Below, one piece after another: positions 13,184 through 26,330 of a stretch of DNA of 64,000 nucleotides. Position 1 is the stretch's first letter; every line of letters starts with the position of its first letter. The translations under genes and the position numbers were made by a program. The notes under the pieces were generated by a model that saw nothing but the letters and a program-made list of their open reading frames with translations, did no database searches and was not told where the DNA came from. Source of the stretch: Eledone cirrhosa (Eukaryota); NCBI GenBank assembly GCA_964016885.1, contig OZ024749.1, positions 29,822,001-29,886,000 on the forward strand, in the 5' to 3' direction.

Positions 13184-13521
13184 CAGGCATGGACAACCTG
13201 TTTCGAGAAGCAGGCCGCATGAGATATGGTTCATCCTCAGGCGGGCCGCATGAGATATGGCTCATCATCAGGCGAGCCGCAAGCGCTAATTTACATTCGT
13301 GTCCACATTAAAAAGAAGGGCGGTAACTCAGGCTGTTTCGATTTGTTTCTTCAGAATTCATACACGTTGTTTTCCTCGATCGTAAAAATGGTAGAAAGAT
13401 AAATTACGACTGAAAGGTTGGGTAAAAACAATCAGAAAGATTTCACTTAGGTGACTTAGGTGAGCTATTCAGAAAGCGTCGCGGGTCGCATGCAGCCCCG
13501 GCCGCAGGTTGCCCATGACTG
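13184..13521. mobile_element. hAT-superfamily MITE
   Basis: TIRs CAGGCATGGACAACCTG / CAGGTTGCCCATGACTG; perfect 8-bp TSD CCCTAAAT (13176-13183, 13522-13529). Confidence 0.92.
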
Positions 13522-13926
13522 CCCTAAATGAAGAATTCTCAGTAGACAGCACTAAACTTCAACGTCTCTGCATAGTAAAAGTCAAAGAGACGATAAGTAC
13601 TTGGTTTTACAATCACTGAAGAAGTCCCTTTATCGTTGAAAAATTGATATCTTCAATAACGACCAGCATTGTTTCACAAACACTGCACTTCCAATTTAAT
13701 ACCAGACCAGAAAATATTACATCTGCTAATAACTACTATAAACTCTACAATGTTTCAGAGAAGTGTCATAATGGAATATCACTTCTACTTATGGTATATG
13801 ATTGCTGATGTTAGACATATACACATATCCGAGGCCACACATAGGAAAAACTCGCTGTGAGTAATTTCATCTGGTGTGATAGCCCAGTTGTTTCAGCATC
13901 TCAGATATGAGAGAGGTGTATGTACT

Positions 13927-14030
<104 letters not shown>

Positions 14031-14337
14031 GAAGTTGGAATTAGCACGGAAAATATATTTTAGGGTCTGTTTTTCTTTTATTTTCCTTTCTTTGATTAGT
14101 CAAAGTGACATTATTGAAAAGATGACTTTATTGAAAAAATGAGAGGGACAATTCTTTTAAAGGAAGATGGGAAAAAACTTACTCCAACACTTAATTTTAA
14201 ATCTTTAATTTTCAGTTTTTAATTCTTATTAATTCTTTTTAATTGTAATACTCAACATTTGATAAAATGAATTTTAATAATACATCGAAACCGGTAATAT
14301 ATATATTCATATATTTCAGTTATTTCAGGAGTGAGAG

Positions 14338-14408
<71 letters not shown>

Positions 14409-14411
<3 letters not shown>

Positions 14412-14835
14412 ACGAGTAGGACCCCGACGGCTGAGCTCAAGCCGTTTCGACGGCTAATTCTGGACTCCAGAATTAGCCGTCGAAACGGCTTGAGCTCAGC
14501 CGTCGGGGTCCTACTCGTTCCTATTACCCACTCTACTACCCTAAGTATTGAGTACTTTGGTGCGTTATGGTCAACCTGGTTCCTTACCACATTTCCTTCG
14601 TTATATATATATATATATATATATATATAGGAACAAGTAAGACCCCGACGGCTGAGCTCAAGCCGTTTCGACGGCTAATTCTGGACTGAATTAGCCGTCG
14701 TCCAGAATTAGCCATCGAAACGGCTTGAGCTCAGCCGTCGGGGTCTTACTTGTTCCTATTACCCACTCTACTACCCTAAGTATTGAGTACTTTGGTGCGT
14801 TATGGTCCACCTGGTTCCTTACCACATTTCCTTCG

Positions 14836-14837
<2 letters not shown>
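14409..14837 (+). mobile_element. Two adjacent family A fold-back elements (14409-14602, 14630-14837) separated by (TA)n
   Basis: ~55-bp near-perfect palindrome arms plus ~80-bp tail; HHR 3' half GAAAC GGC TTGAGCTCA GCC GTC GGGGTC. Confidence 0.85.
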
Positions 14838-14901
<64 letters not shown>

Positions 14902-15899
14902 CAAATTTTAAGGAAACCAAGGATAGTATATTAGTATTTATTTATACATCTCAGAAAGAACTGGATGTTACTAGTAAATTATTTACCCCATTATGGGTGC
15001 TTTATTCAGCCCGTATCTCTTTAGGAAATGTATATGATAAAATAACAATAAATTTATTAATATCATAAGACAAGTTATCAAGAACAATAGAGAATTCAAA
15101 GCCAGGTGCATATATGAAGGCAATTAAAGCATTTCAAGTGTAAAAGCATAAACGTGCGTAGGTTTTCAGACATGGAAAATTATAAATTGATCATTTATAA
15201 CACAAGGATTTGAACATATTTAGAAGATTTTTCTTTAATCGAGAGTATCATTCAAGAAAATTATATGGGGGATATATTTTGAACTACTGACGAAAGCATC
15301 CATTTGAAATACATTAGCCATACAAAATTATGTTTACTCTAGAACCTGATTAGAAAAATAATAGGTAACTATATACATATATTTTACAAAATATATATGT
15401 GTGAAAATATTCTTAACTCTATACATATAATTTTATTCTAAACCACGAATATTTGGGTGCTATCTTGAATAGATCTTGAACTAAAACTCATACATCTCCT
15501 TTATCGTTTTTGTAACTCTCGTTCCTTACACATCTCGTTTAACTATCGTTTCACACCTCATATTTTATATTTCCATGTAGAAATTTATCAAAATGGTGCA
15601 CGCCATGACTCAGTAGAGAATATGTGCAAGCTAGAGAGATGATATTCACTTTAGATGGTGTGGAGGTGGGAGGAATTTGTGAAATTTATTGAAAACATAG
15701 AAATACGTCTGCATTCGTGCATGAATATTTCAATATTTGGTCTTGTTTATGAATAGTTAAATGTCGCCATTTTCTTTTTATGTAAAACACGATTCTTATT
15801 CGTCTATTTCATTCCTCAATGGAATGGGAATAAAGCTACGTTTTTCTTATTAAGGAAATGACTGTGAGTCGTTTGAAAACGAATGATGTGTCCTTCAAC

Positions 15900-16004
<105 letters not shown>

Positions 16005-16576
16005 TACATACCTTACACGCACACATTACATACATTACACACATATTTCATACATTGCACACACACAAACACACACATATATATGCACACATTACACACA
16101 TTTAAATTGTCATACATACATGAACACACACACAATACAAACACATTACACGCACACATACATATATACATTACACACATTTACACATACACACATGCAT
16201 ACACACAAGCATACACATTTACATATATACAGTACCCATGCACAGACACATTTTACATATTTACACATCACATACAGTACCCATGCACACACATACACAT
16301 TTCACATATTTACACAGTACACGCACACTCACACACTCACACATACAGACACACCACACACACATACATTTATATATACCAAAATAAAAGAGTGAAAAGA
16401 AAAGGCCCGCTGTTGAGAAAATTGTTTGATAGATTATTCTTTGTTAGTTACAAGTGCCATTAAAAATCTCATTGAACACATTCATCACTATATTTACATT
16501 GGCATTCTTGATTTGGCATTAAACTTTACTCATAATGATATATATACTTACAGTAATATATATATATAATTATAAT

Positions 16577-16648
<72 letters not shown>

Positions 16649-16653
<5 letters not shown>

Positions 16654-16915
16654 TAAAATAACAGATTAAAGTTTAAGCAAAGAATTGCTGGTTTCACCCT
16701 TAACGGGATCTTCTGAAACTAACAAAGTCAATCTGTAAACGCAGAACTGGATTAGTTTCAGAAGATCCCGTTAAGGGTGAAAGCAGCGATTCTTTGCTTA
16801 AACTTTAATCTGTTATTTTAATAAATATTTGCTCTACGGTTCTTATATATTTGATATATATTTTCCTTATCGAGCCCTCTTTGGATTTTAGTCTTCAATT
16901 TTATTATTATTACTA
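16649..16915 (+). mobile_element. Fold-back element, family E
   Basis: Arms 16649-16722 / 16752-16825 plus tail, in (TA)n; HHR-like CAGAAGA-TCCCGTTAAGGGT-GAAA (non-canonical core). Confidence 0.65.
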
Positions 16916-17010
16916 TATATATATATATATATATATTTTCAGCAAACAGGGGAGATAAAGCTGACAGAGCTCTGTTTCGCATTTTTTGATGCTTATATAT
17001 ATATATATAT

Positions 17011-17517
<507 letters not shown>

Positions 17518-17781
17518 AATTTAATATAAAATTATGATCAACACTAATGTGTGTTTTTTGCAAATTGACAATAATTTAGCCAGATAGAAATACCTTAATT
17601 CAAGTACATATAGTCCGCCTGTATCGATCTAAAAGAAGTATTTCTTAGAGCTTAATAATTGTATTTGACTCCTGAGTGAAAACTCTAAATTATTATATAT
17701 ATATATATATATATAGATGAAGTAATTCCGTCGGAAAAGTCCAGGAAAATAAATCCAACGCCAATAAATACACCAGGATTT

Positions 17782-17842
17782 TTTCATTCTGATGATTGAA
17801 AGCAACATTTTTTTGCTTTTAAGAAACCACTGGTAAATGAAA
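17782..17842 (+). ncRNA. Type I hammerhead ribozyme, family F
   Basis: TTTCATT-CTGATGA-TTGAAAGCAA/TTGCTTTTAA-GAAAC-CACT-GGTA-AATGAAA. Confidence 0.9.
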
Positions 17843-17867
17843 TAATTGCCTTATGTTGTTTATTACA

Positions 17868-17958
<91 letters not shown>

Positions 17959-18126
17959 TATATATATATACATATAGTGATATATATATATATATATATC
18001 ACTATATGTAGATATATATATATATACATACATACACAGACACACACACACACATATATATATATATGAGTACTCAATACCGTATTAGAAGTGGTGAGCT
18101 TTGTTGCTCTCGAGCTTCACCGGACA

Positions 18127-18176
<50 letters not shown>

Positions 18177-18570
18177 AAGTGCGTGTGGTATATATATATA
18201 TATAATAAAATGTGGTATATATATATATATAACAAAGTGCGTGTGGTAAGACACCAGATGGACCATAACGTACCAGAGTACTCAATACTTAGGGTAGTAG
18301 AGGGGCTAATGACTCTTTTCATAAACAAAAAAAAAATATATATATAGAGAGAGAGAGTGGTGCTGAGACTGAGGAGACCACAAATCGTGGAAGTACTCTA
18401 TGCATGGGAAGATGCAGAGTAGGTATAGAAATAGGTAAAATTCTGACCGCGCTGCCAAGCCGAATCCTAGTGGTACCGCGGTCGGGAAACCCCTCTCTCT
18501 CTATATATATATATACATACATATATTCGTACACACACACACCCACTCACAGAGACATATATATACATAC

Positions 18571-18668
<98 letters not shown>

Positions 18669-18823
18669 AGGAGGTTATAGTTCACTTGAAGCATTGTGTA
18701 ATGAGGTATAAACGTTTGAATATGTGTAATAAAGCCAAAACAATGCAGGTATGGACATAGAAAAAAGAATGCAATTGCAAAAGATATTGTTGATTCGTCT
18801 TTTACCTTAGATTTATTTAAATG

Positions 18824-18860
18824 TCCTTAATTTTCGAGATAATATCTCTTCTTCAGAGGG
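18824..18860 (-). ncRNA. Possible minimal hammerhead, family J (decayed relative near 61835-61868)
   Basis: Minus strand CCT-CTGAAGA-AGAGAGATATTATCTC-GAAA-AT-TA-AGG. Confidence 0.5.
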
Positions 18861-19151
18861 AAATAAAGGTCTCAAACCAGCGTTCTAAATATCTTGCCAA
18901 GCCATGCTGACAGGAAATAGTATAGAGTATCTGTTCTATCTCTAATGTCAAAGAGTTAAAATTAGGTGGATAAAGAGTAGTCTCCCTTTAAAAGGGGTTT
19001 GTTTAGGTTTTTTTTTTGTTTATATACATGCCTGTTTAAGTGTGTGGGAGAATGCATGAAGGTGTAAGTATGTGAGTGTGTGTGTGTGAGTGTGAGAAGA
19101 TAAGTCTATTCGTAAATGTGGGGGATAGGAGTTATCTGGTGTTAGAACTGG

Positions 19152-19188
<37 letters not shown>

Positions 19189-19949
19189 CACACTTTCATA
19201 CATACATATATGATGGCTGCCCCCTCGTTATCGAGTATGGCCATTGCACGAGGAGTATACATACATATATACATACATATATACATGCATACATTCATAC
19301 ATATATGCATACATACATTCATGCATACTTACTTATACAGTGCCATATACGCATTGCTGAAAGCCCATTCAATTAACTGAATGAGCCGAATTTTCCCTCC
19401 TTTCTGCCCCTCCATCGCTATAACTATTACTGATGCTAAAACTGATATAACTAGTGATATAGAGATCAATTCGCTTGTTAATCTATTATCCTCATCAACA
19501 ACAAACTTTTCCTAGTTTAATATGGCGTTGTGTTCATTCAACTGAACACCTGGACGCAATCTCTATTGAGAAAATTGAGAAAGAAAAGGTGAAATACATA
19601 CACGACCGGTAATTACACGATCCTTTGAAGAGCTTGATCATTGTCCAGGAGCAAGAAATTTCCTCAGCGACTGAATGTAATTAATCTGTTCGGAAGAGAT
19701 TGATGCCGATATGGCACTGTAAATTATCGACCATAAAATGGCCGACTGGGAATCATTCTGGTATTAGGTATTATTTTAAAATACCAGATCAATATTTCAT
19801 AAATTTGAATGTAGTGACACGTACAAGTCACATAAAACTGAACATTGAGAAAAAAAAACCCAACAAATAAAAAACAAAACAAAAAAAAAATATGATTTTG
19901 CGTTTCAGGAAATCGCTTCGAAAACTCTCTCTGTGTATATATATATATA

Positions 19950-20015
<66 letters not shown>

Positions 20016-20095
20016 CAAAAGGTGAACGGAATCAACTCAAACGACACAATACAATGACAAAATATATTACTATATTACTTTAAAGCTTGATATTG

Positions 20096-20144
<49 letters not shown>

Positions 20145-20251
20145 TATATATATATTACGATATCAAGCTTTAAAGTAATATAGTAATATATTTTTTCATT
20201 GTATTGTGTCGTTTGAGTTGATTCCGTTCACCTTTTGCATACACACACACA

Positions 20252-20383
<132 letters not shown>

Positions 20384-20446
20384 ATCTGCCAATACTGGAA
20401 TTGTATAATCAAGACCGTAGCGGTATGTCATATATCAAATCATATA

Positions 20447-20508
20447 TTTTATCTGATGAAGACGTACTGCAAAAACAACACAGTACCTTTGAAATATATA
20501 TAATAAAA
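20447..20508 (+). ncRNA. Type I hammerhead, distant family C relative
   Basis: TTTTAT-CTGATGA-..GTACTG/CAGTAC..-GAAA-TATATA-TA-ATAAAA. Confidence 0.75.
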
Positions 20509-20566
20509 CATATATTTTGATTATGTTAATATTTTGAATAATATATATATATATATATTACTATAT

Positions 20567-21310
20567 ATGAGAGACGTAAAATAAGAGAATTATGAAATTA
20601 ACTTACTTACTAAAATATCACTTCCAACTAATTAGTTTCTGGAATGGAATAAATATATTTTCCGAAGAAAATACAAAGAATCATTCCGTCTTCAGGGAAG
20701 ACTATTCTCATCTAACTATCCAGGCAAAGCGTGGACTCTGGAAACTTATTAAAAAATAATTCAGTGGATAGAAAATAGCAAAGCGTGGACTGAATTCCTA
20801 GCCATTGAGAAAATCACTGCCTCTATATATGTTACTAGATATTAATTCTTTATAATTATCTCCAAATTATTTGTCGAGCAATATTGGCCATGACTGCTGC
20901 TATGGTAGCAGGCAGGCCGTTGTCTTATTAGCAAACCACTTTCCACTGATTGACCTCGATGTCACGTGATTGATTCTTTTTGAATTTGCTACCGACGCAG
21001 AGGCAGTGATTTTCTCAATGGCTAGGAATTCAGTCCACGCTTTGCTATTTTCTATCCACTGAATTATTTTTTAATAAGTTTCCAGAGTCCACGCTTTGCC
21101 TGGATACTTAGATGAGAAAGTCTTCCCTGAAGACGGAATGATTCTCTGTATTTTCTTCGGAAAATATATTTATTCCATTCCAGAAACTAATTAGTTGGAA
21201 GTGATATTTTAGTAAGTAAGTTAATTTCATAATTTTCTTATTTTACGTCTCTCATATTATTGTTCTACAACCCCATGCATTGAACCACAAAGTTACTAAG
21301 ACAAAACCTA
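20567..21310 (+). mobile_element. PLE-terminus fold-back, family G
   Basis: ~255-bp arms (20567-20824 / 21000-21256), ~55-bp tail, TA-rich flanks. Confidence 0.8.
21122..21201 (+). ncRNA. Type I hammerhead, family G
   Basis: CTTCC-CTGAAGA-GGAATG/CATTCC stem II capped by TATTTTC-TTCG-GAAAATA; GAAAC-TAATTA-GTT-GGAAG (palindromic stem III, GUU site). Confidence 0.85.
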
Positions 21311-22229
21311 TATATTTGCTAGCATTGATATGCATCTGTATGTATATATATGTTACTAGATATTAATTCTTTATATTACTATATATGTATATATGTGTGT
21401 GTGTTATATACACACATAGATACATGCACATACACACACACACGCACATATATATGCATACACAAATATATAGGGAGACACACACACACACACTCCCACA
21501 GACACAGACAGATACACACACACACACACATATATATATATAGTTATATATATATATAAATATTTATTTAAAAGACAACAGAAGGCCGGACTCGAAATAT
21601 TTTTTTAATGTTTGCAGCATTAAAAGAATATTTTGAGTCTGGCTTCCTGTCGTTTTTAAATAAATATTTAACTCCGCTTCTGCACCGACCATGATGGATG
21701 ACTTGCATAACGTCGAGTGATTTTACTTGTTACATTATGGATTGCTAACCAGAATTACCAGATCTAACCATTGGTAAGCCACACAACATAAATGGTATAC
21801 ATACATATATACATATATGGCGGCTGCCAACTCGTTTTCGAGTACGGCCACTACTTTATATCCATGTAGGAGAACCCCTACCGATGCGCTGAACGAGTGT
21901 GACTTTTTAGTCCAGCCAGCGACTTGAAAACTCTGGTACAAACACTACACTTGTGACAATTATTGACACTTAGTGCTGGGCCCATGGTACCATGTGACGA
22001 CAAGTGCAGAGAGATCTCCAGATATAAAGCAATGCCTGTGCCGTGAAGCTTTTATAGTAAGCAAAGGCACTTCACAAAGCCAGTCCCACTCTCTTAACCA
22101 AGATGATATTTACCAAAAAGAAGAACAAGTCAACATCATTGGATACCATCAGAGTTGCAGGTGTTATATCAGAGTTTTCCTTCTCCTAGAATTCTGCCTT
22201 GACAAAGGCTAAGGGGTCATCTCTCCCAT

Positions 22230-22670
22230 ATACATACATATATACATACATACATATATATGCATACATATATACATACATACATATATACATACATACA
22301 TATATATACACATACATATATATATACATACATACATACATATATACATACATATATACATACATACATATATACATACATACATATATACATACATATA
22401 TATATACATACATATACACATACATACATATATACATACATACATATATATATACATATATATATACAAACATATATATATACATACATATATATATACA
22501 TACATATATATATATACATACATATATATATACATACATATATATATACATACATATATATATACATACATATATATATACATACACATATACATACATA
22601 TATATATAAATACACATATACATACATATATATATACATACATATATATATACATACATATATATATACA

Positions 22671-22704
<34 letters not shown>

Positions 22705-23010
22705 CATACATACCCATATATATAAACATACATACATATATACACACATATATATATAAACACACACACATATATATATAAACACACACATATATATATA
22801 TATATACATACATACATACAGACACACACATATATAAAAGCCTGATGCACGTGTTTGACAATATCAAAAGATTGAAACATACTGCAGCTTGTTACAAAAT
22901 GATTTGATATAGTTGTGTGTGTATATGTATATACATACATACATACATACATACATACATACATACATACATACATACATACATACATACTTACATACAT
23001 ACAAACACAC
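22230..23010. repeat. Compound (TACA)n/(TA)n microsatellite
   Basis: Direct reading. Confidence 0.95.
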
Positions 23011-23092
23011 ACGCACGTGTGTCTGCGTGTAAGTGAGACTCTATCTGTTTATCTCGCGTTACTTAGCGATTGGGCAAAATAAAAAGATTGAA

Positions 23093-23166
<74 letters not shown>

Positions 23167-23168
<2 letters not shown>

Positions 23169-23343
23169 AACCAGTAAGACCCCGACAGCTGAGCTCAAGC
23201 CGTTTCGACGGCTAATTCCGTCGAAACGGCTTGAGCTCAGCTGTCGGGGTCTTACTGGTTCCTATTACCCACTCTACTACCTCAAGTATTGAGTACTTTG
23301 GTGCGTTATGGTCCACCTGGTTCCTTACCACATTTCCTTCGTT
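23167..23343 (+). mobile_element. Family A fold-back element
   Basis: Same palindrome plus tail; private variants (gacagctg/cagctgtc, ggaaccagt/actggttcc) are present in both arms. Confidence 0.85.
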
Positions 23344-23511
23344 ATATATATATATATATATATCGAGGGAGTGTAACGCGAAGTTACTGTAGGTTCAAAC
23401 TTTTGATTCCAGAGTCGGGACAGATCGATACAGATCGAAACTTGAGCTGATCAATAGCGAACGCCCGTCACCAACCAATAAACGTAATGAAGGGTTAACA
23501 AATCGTCCTTG

Positions 23512-23563
<52 letters not shown>

Positions 23564-23729
23564 TGGAAGCTCCAGCTTGGCCGCAGTCTCAAGACTGAGA
23601 CCATTAAATTTGTAAAAGATTAAATTTATTATATTTGATTGATTTATTCGTATTTCTTCTTTAAGGGAAGAAAACCTTTTATATTTGGACTTTAGGGTAA
23701 GTTGTATGTATGTCATGAGAAAAGCTCTC

Positions 23730-24092
23730 CTTTTATTCTGCTGTAGTAAATAACTTTATATAAAAAAATAAGAGTATTTATATAATTTAGCAAAGTTACA
23801 ACTTCGTCATTTATTCTGCTGTAGTAATGACTTCATTAAAAAAAAAATAAGGACTCTATAGAATATAATAAAGTTACAAGCTCCATTATTATCCTTTTGT
23901 AGTAATGACTTCATGAAAATAATAAGAGATTTTACAAAATATACCAAAAATACAAGTTCGCCATTTCTTCTGCTGTAGTAATGGCTTCATTAAAAAAAAT
24001 AAGGAATTTTATGAAATATAATAAAATTACAAGTTCGCCTTTTATTCTATTTATTTTAATGACGTCATTAAAAAATAAGGGATTTTATAAAA
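23730..24092 (+). repeat. ~77-bp AT-rich tandem repeat, ~4.6 units
   Basis: Recurring TTCTGCTGTAGTAATGACTTCATTAAAAAAATAAGG...AAAGTTACAAG. Confidence 0.8.
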
Positions 24093-24620
24093 TGTAATTT
24101 TCTCTTGTCGACAAAATGGTGCTCAGATTATAATTTATTCTTCTGCAAAAGATTCGTGTTTTGCCTTTAGGCTTCTTCAGAGTACAACTTGAACAGTAAG
24201 ATGGTGGTGGTGGTGGTGGGTGGGGGTGGTAATGGTGGTGGTGGTGAGAGAGAGAAAAGAGAAGCGGAATTAAAGGAAATGAATACATGTTATGTAGTTA
24301 TAGATTTCATAATTGTTTTTCAATCAGAAAGACACACACATACACACATACGCACATACACGCATACACACATACACACAAACGCACATGTGCACACGCA
24401 CACACACACAAACACACATACATATATATATATATAGAGAGAGAGAGAGAATGGGAGGAGTGAAAGAAACGCAGAATGTATCAATCTTTTTTCTTCTTTT
24501 CCCACCACGGGCCATATATGGCTTCAACCCCTGAAACTCAAATCGGAAGATAAAAGGAAAGCAAAAGTGAAATGGTAGATAGATATAGACATCTTTAAGG
24601 CAAAGGAAGGGAGACAGATA

Positions 24621-24675
<55 letters not shown>

Positions 24676-25244
24676 GGAAATCAGTAAAATCGAATCTCTG
24701 GCGGTTTGCAAGTAAATTCGGCCTACTTATATGAAATGATGAGTTAGCAAAGCACTCGATAAGATAGGTCTCCGAGTTATAACATACGTTTAAATAGCTT
24801 GACAAATCGAACATTGTGGTAGGCGAAACTAACACACAATATATACCAAAGCAACGATAGAACTAATCAGGTTGAGAAAAATACACCTGGACAAATCAAA
24901 CGGGCATACGTTTAAAGTGTTTCTCTGAATCCGAAATCAAATATCAGACTTACTTGAATGGCAATATATATATGAAAGGAACAATCAACTTTCGTCAAAT
25001 CGGACCGAGGGAACAATGTTACGGCTGTTACTTAAATATAAGTATGTACACGTACATACATATATGTATACAGACGTACAGTAGTATGTATATGTATATA
25101 CATACATGCACACATATATATATGTACGTATGGATTCACCGAACATTTATTATAATGCTCGGTGTGTTTGTAAACAAACATCCCGTATTAAGCCGTAGTG
25201 TCTAGCAACCATCGTTGCTCATTTGTTCAACACTGACAAAGGAA

Positions 25245-25285
25245 CGCTGTACTAGTTTCAAGCTTATTAGCTATCATCAGCAACG
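25245..25285 (-). ncRNA. Minimal type I hammerhead (family H)
   Basis: Minus strand CGTTG-CTGATGA-TAGCTAATAAGCTT-GAAAC-TA-GTA-CAGCG; palindromic stem III ACTAGT. Confidence 0.9.
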
Positions 25286-25664
25286 TATACCTTCCTGCCA
25301 GATTGTTTAACGTATATACTTACCTTATGCATATTAACGGCTGAGTAGCCCAATTTGCATATCGAGTGGGTTAATCGGCCGGGTGCACCGAATACGATAA
25401 ACAGGAAAAATGAAACGAAATTTCATTTCCCACTCTTAGTACGGCTGTTACTTAAATATAAGTATGTACACGTACGTACATATATGTATACAGACGTACA
25501 GTAGTATGTATATGTATATACATACATGCACACATATATATATGTACGTATGGATTCACCGAACATTTATTATAATGCTCGGTGTGTTTGTAAACAAACA
25601 TCCCGTATTAAGCCGTAGTGTCCAGCAACCATCGTTGCTCGTTTGTTCAACACTGACAAAGGAA

Positions 25665-25705
25665 CGCTGTACTAGTTTCAAGCTTATTAGCTATCATCAG
25701 CAACG
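25665..25705 (-). ncRNA. Minimal type I hammerhead (family H), 420 nt from the previous one
   Basis: Identical motif. Confidence 0.9.
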
Positions 25706-26058
25706 TATACCTTCCTGCCAGATTGTTGAACGTATATACTTACCTTATGCATATTAACGGCTGAGTAGCCCAATTTGCATATCGAGTGGGTTAATCGTAC
25801 ATATATATATGTGTGCATGTATGTATATACATATACATACTACTGCACGTCTGTATACATATATGTATGTACGTGTACATACTTATATTTAAGTAACAGC
25901 CGTACTAAGAGTGGGAAATGAAATTTCGTTTCATTTTTCCTGTTTATCGTATTCGGTGCACCCGGCCGATTAACCCACTCGATATGCAAATTGGGCTACT
26001 CAGCCGTTAATATGCATAAGGTAAGTATATACGTTCAACAATCTGGCAGGAAGGTATA

Positions 26059-26099
26059 CGTTGCTGATGATAGCTAATAAGCTTGAAACTAGTATAGCG
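26059..26099 (+). ncRNA. Minimal type I hammerhead (family H), inverted copy
   Basis: CGTTGCTGATGATAGCTAATAAGCTTGAAACTAGTATAGCG. Confidence 0.88.
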
Positions 26100-26330
26100 T
26101 TCCTTTGTCAGTGTTGAACAAACGAGCAACGATGGTTGCTGGACACTAGGGCTTAATACGGGATGTTTGTTTACAAACACACCGAGCATTATAATAAATG
26201 TTCGGTGAATCCATACGTACATATATATATGTGTGCATGTATGTTTATACATATACATACTACTGTACGTCTGTATACATATATGTATGTACGTGTACAT
26301 ACTTATATATATATATATATATATATATAT

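Larger units (their letters stand above)
25020..26306. mobile_element. 420-bp HHR-bearing tandem unit (candidate non-LTR retrozyme): ~1.85 units followed by ~1.2 inverted units
   Basis: ACGGCTGTTACTTAAAT recurs at 25021 and 25441 (period 420); inversion at ~25797; one HHR per unit; no credible ORF. Confidence 0.8.

Noticed and set aside
14409-14602. Family A as a Tc1/mariner-type MITE with TA target duplication
   Set aside because: Asymmetric ~80-bp tail, variable centre in every copy and a hammerhead half-motif fit PLE termini better than fixed TIRs
25464-26300. Repeated 97-aa ORF (MYTY...PYAY) as a gene family
   Set aside because: Antisense to the ribozyme, starts in low-complexity sequence and is broken by stops in other copies
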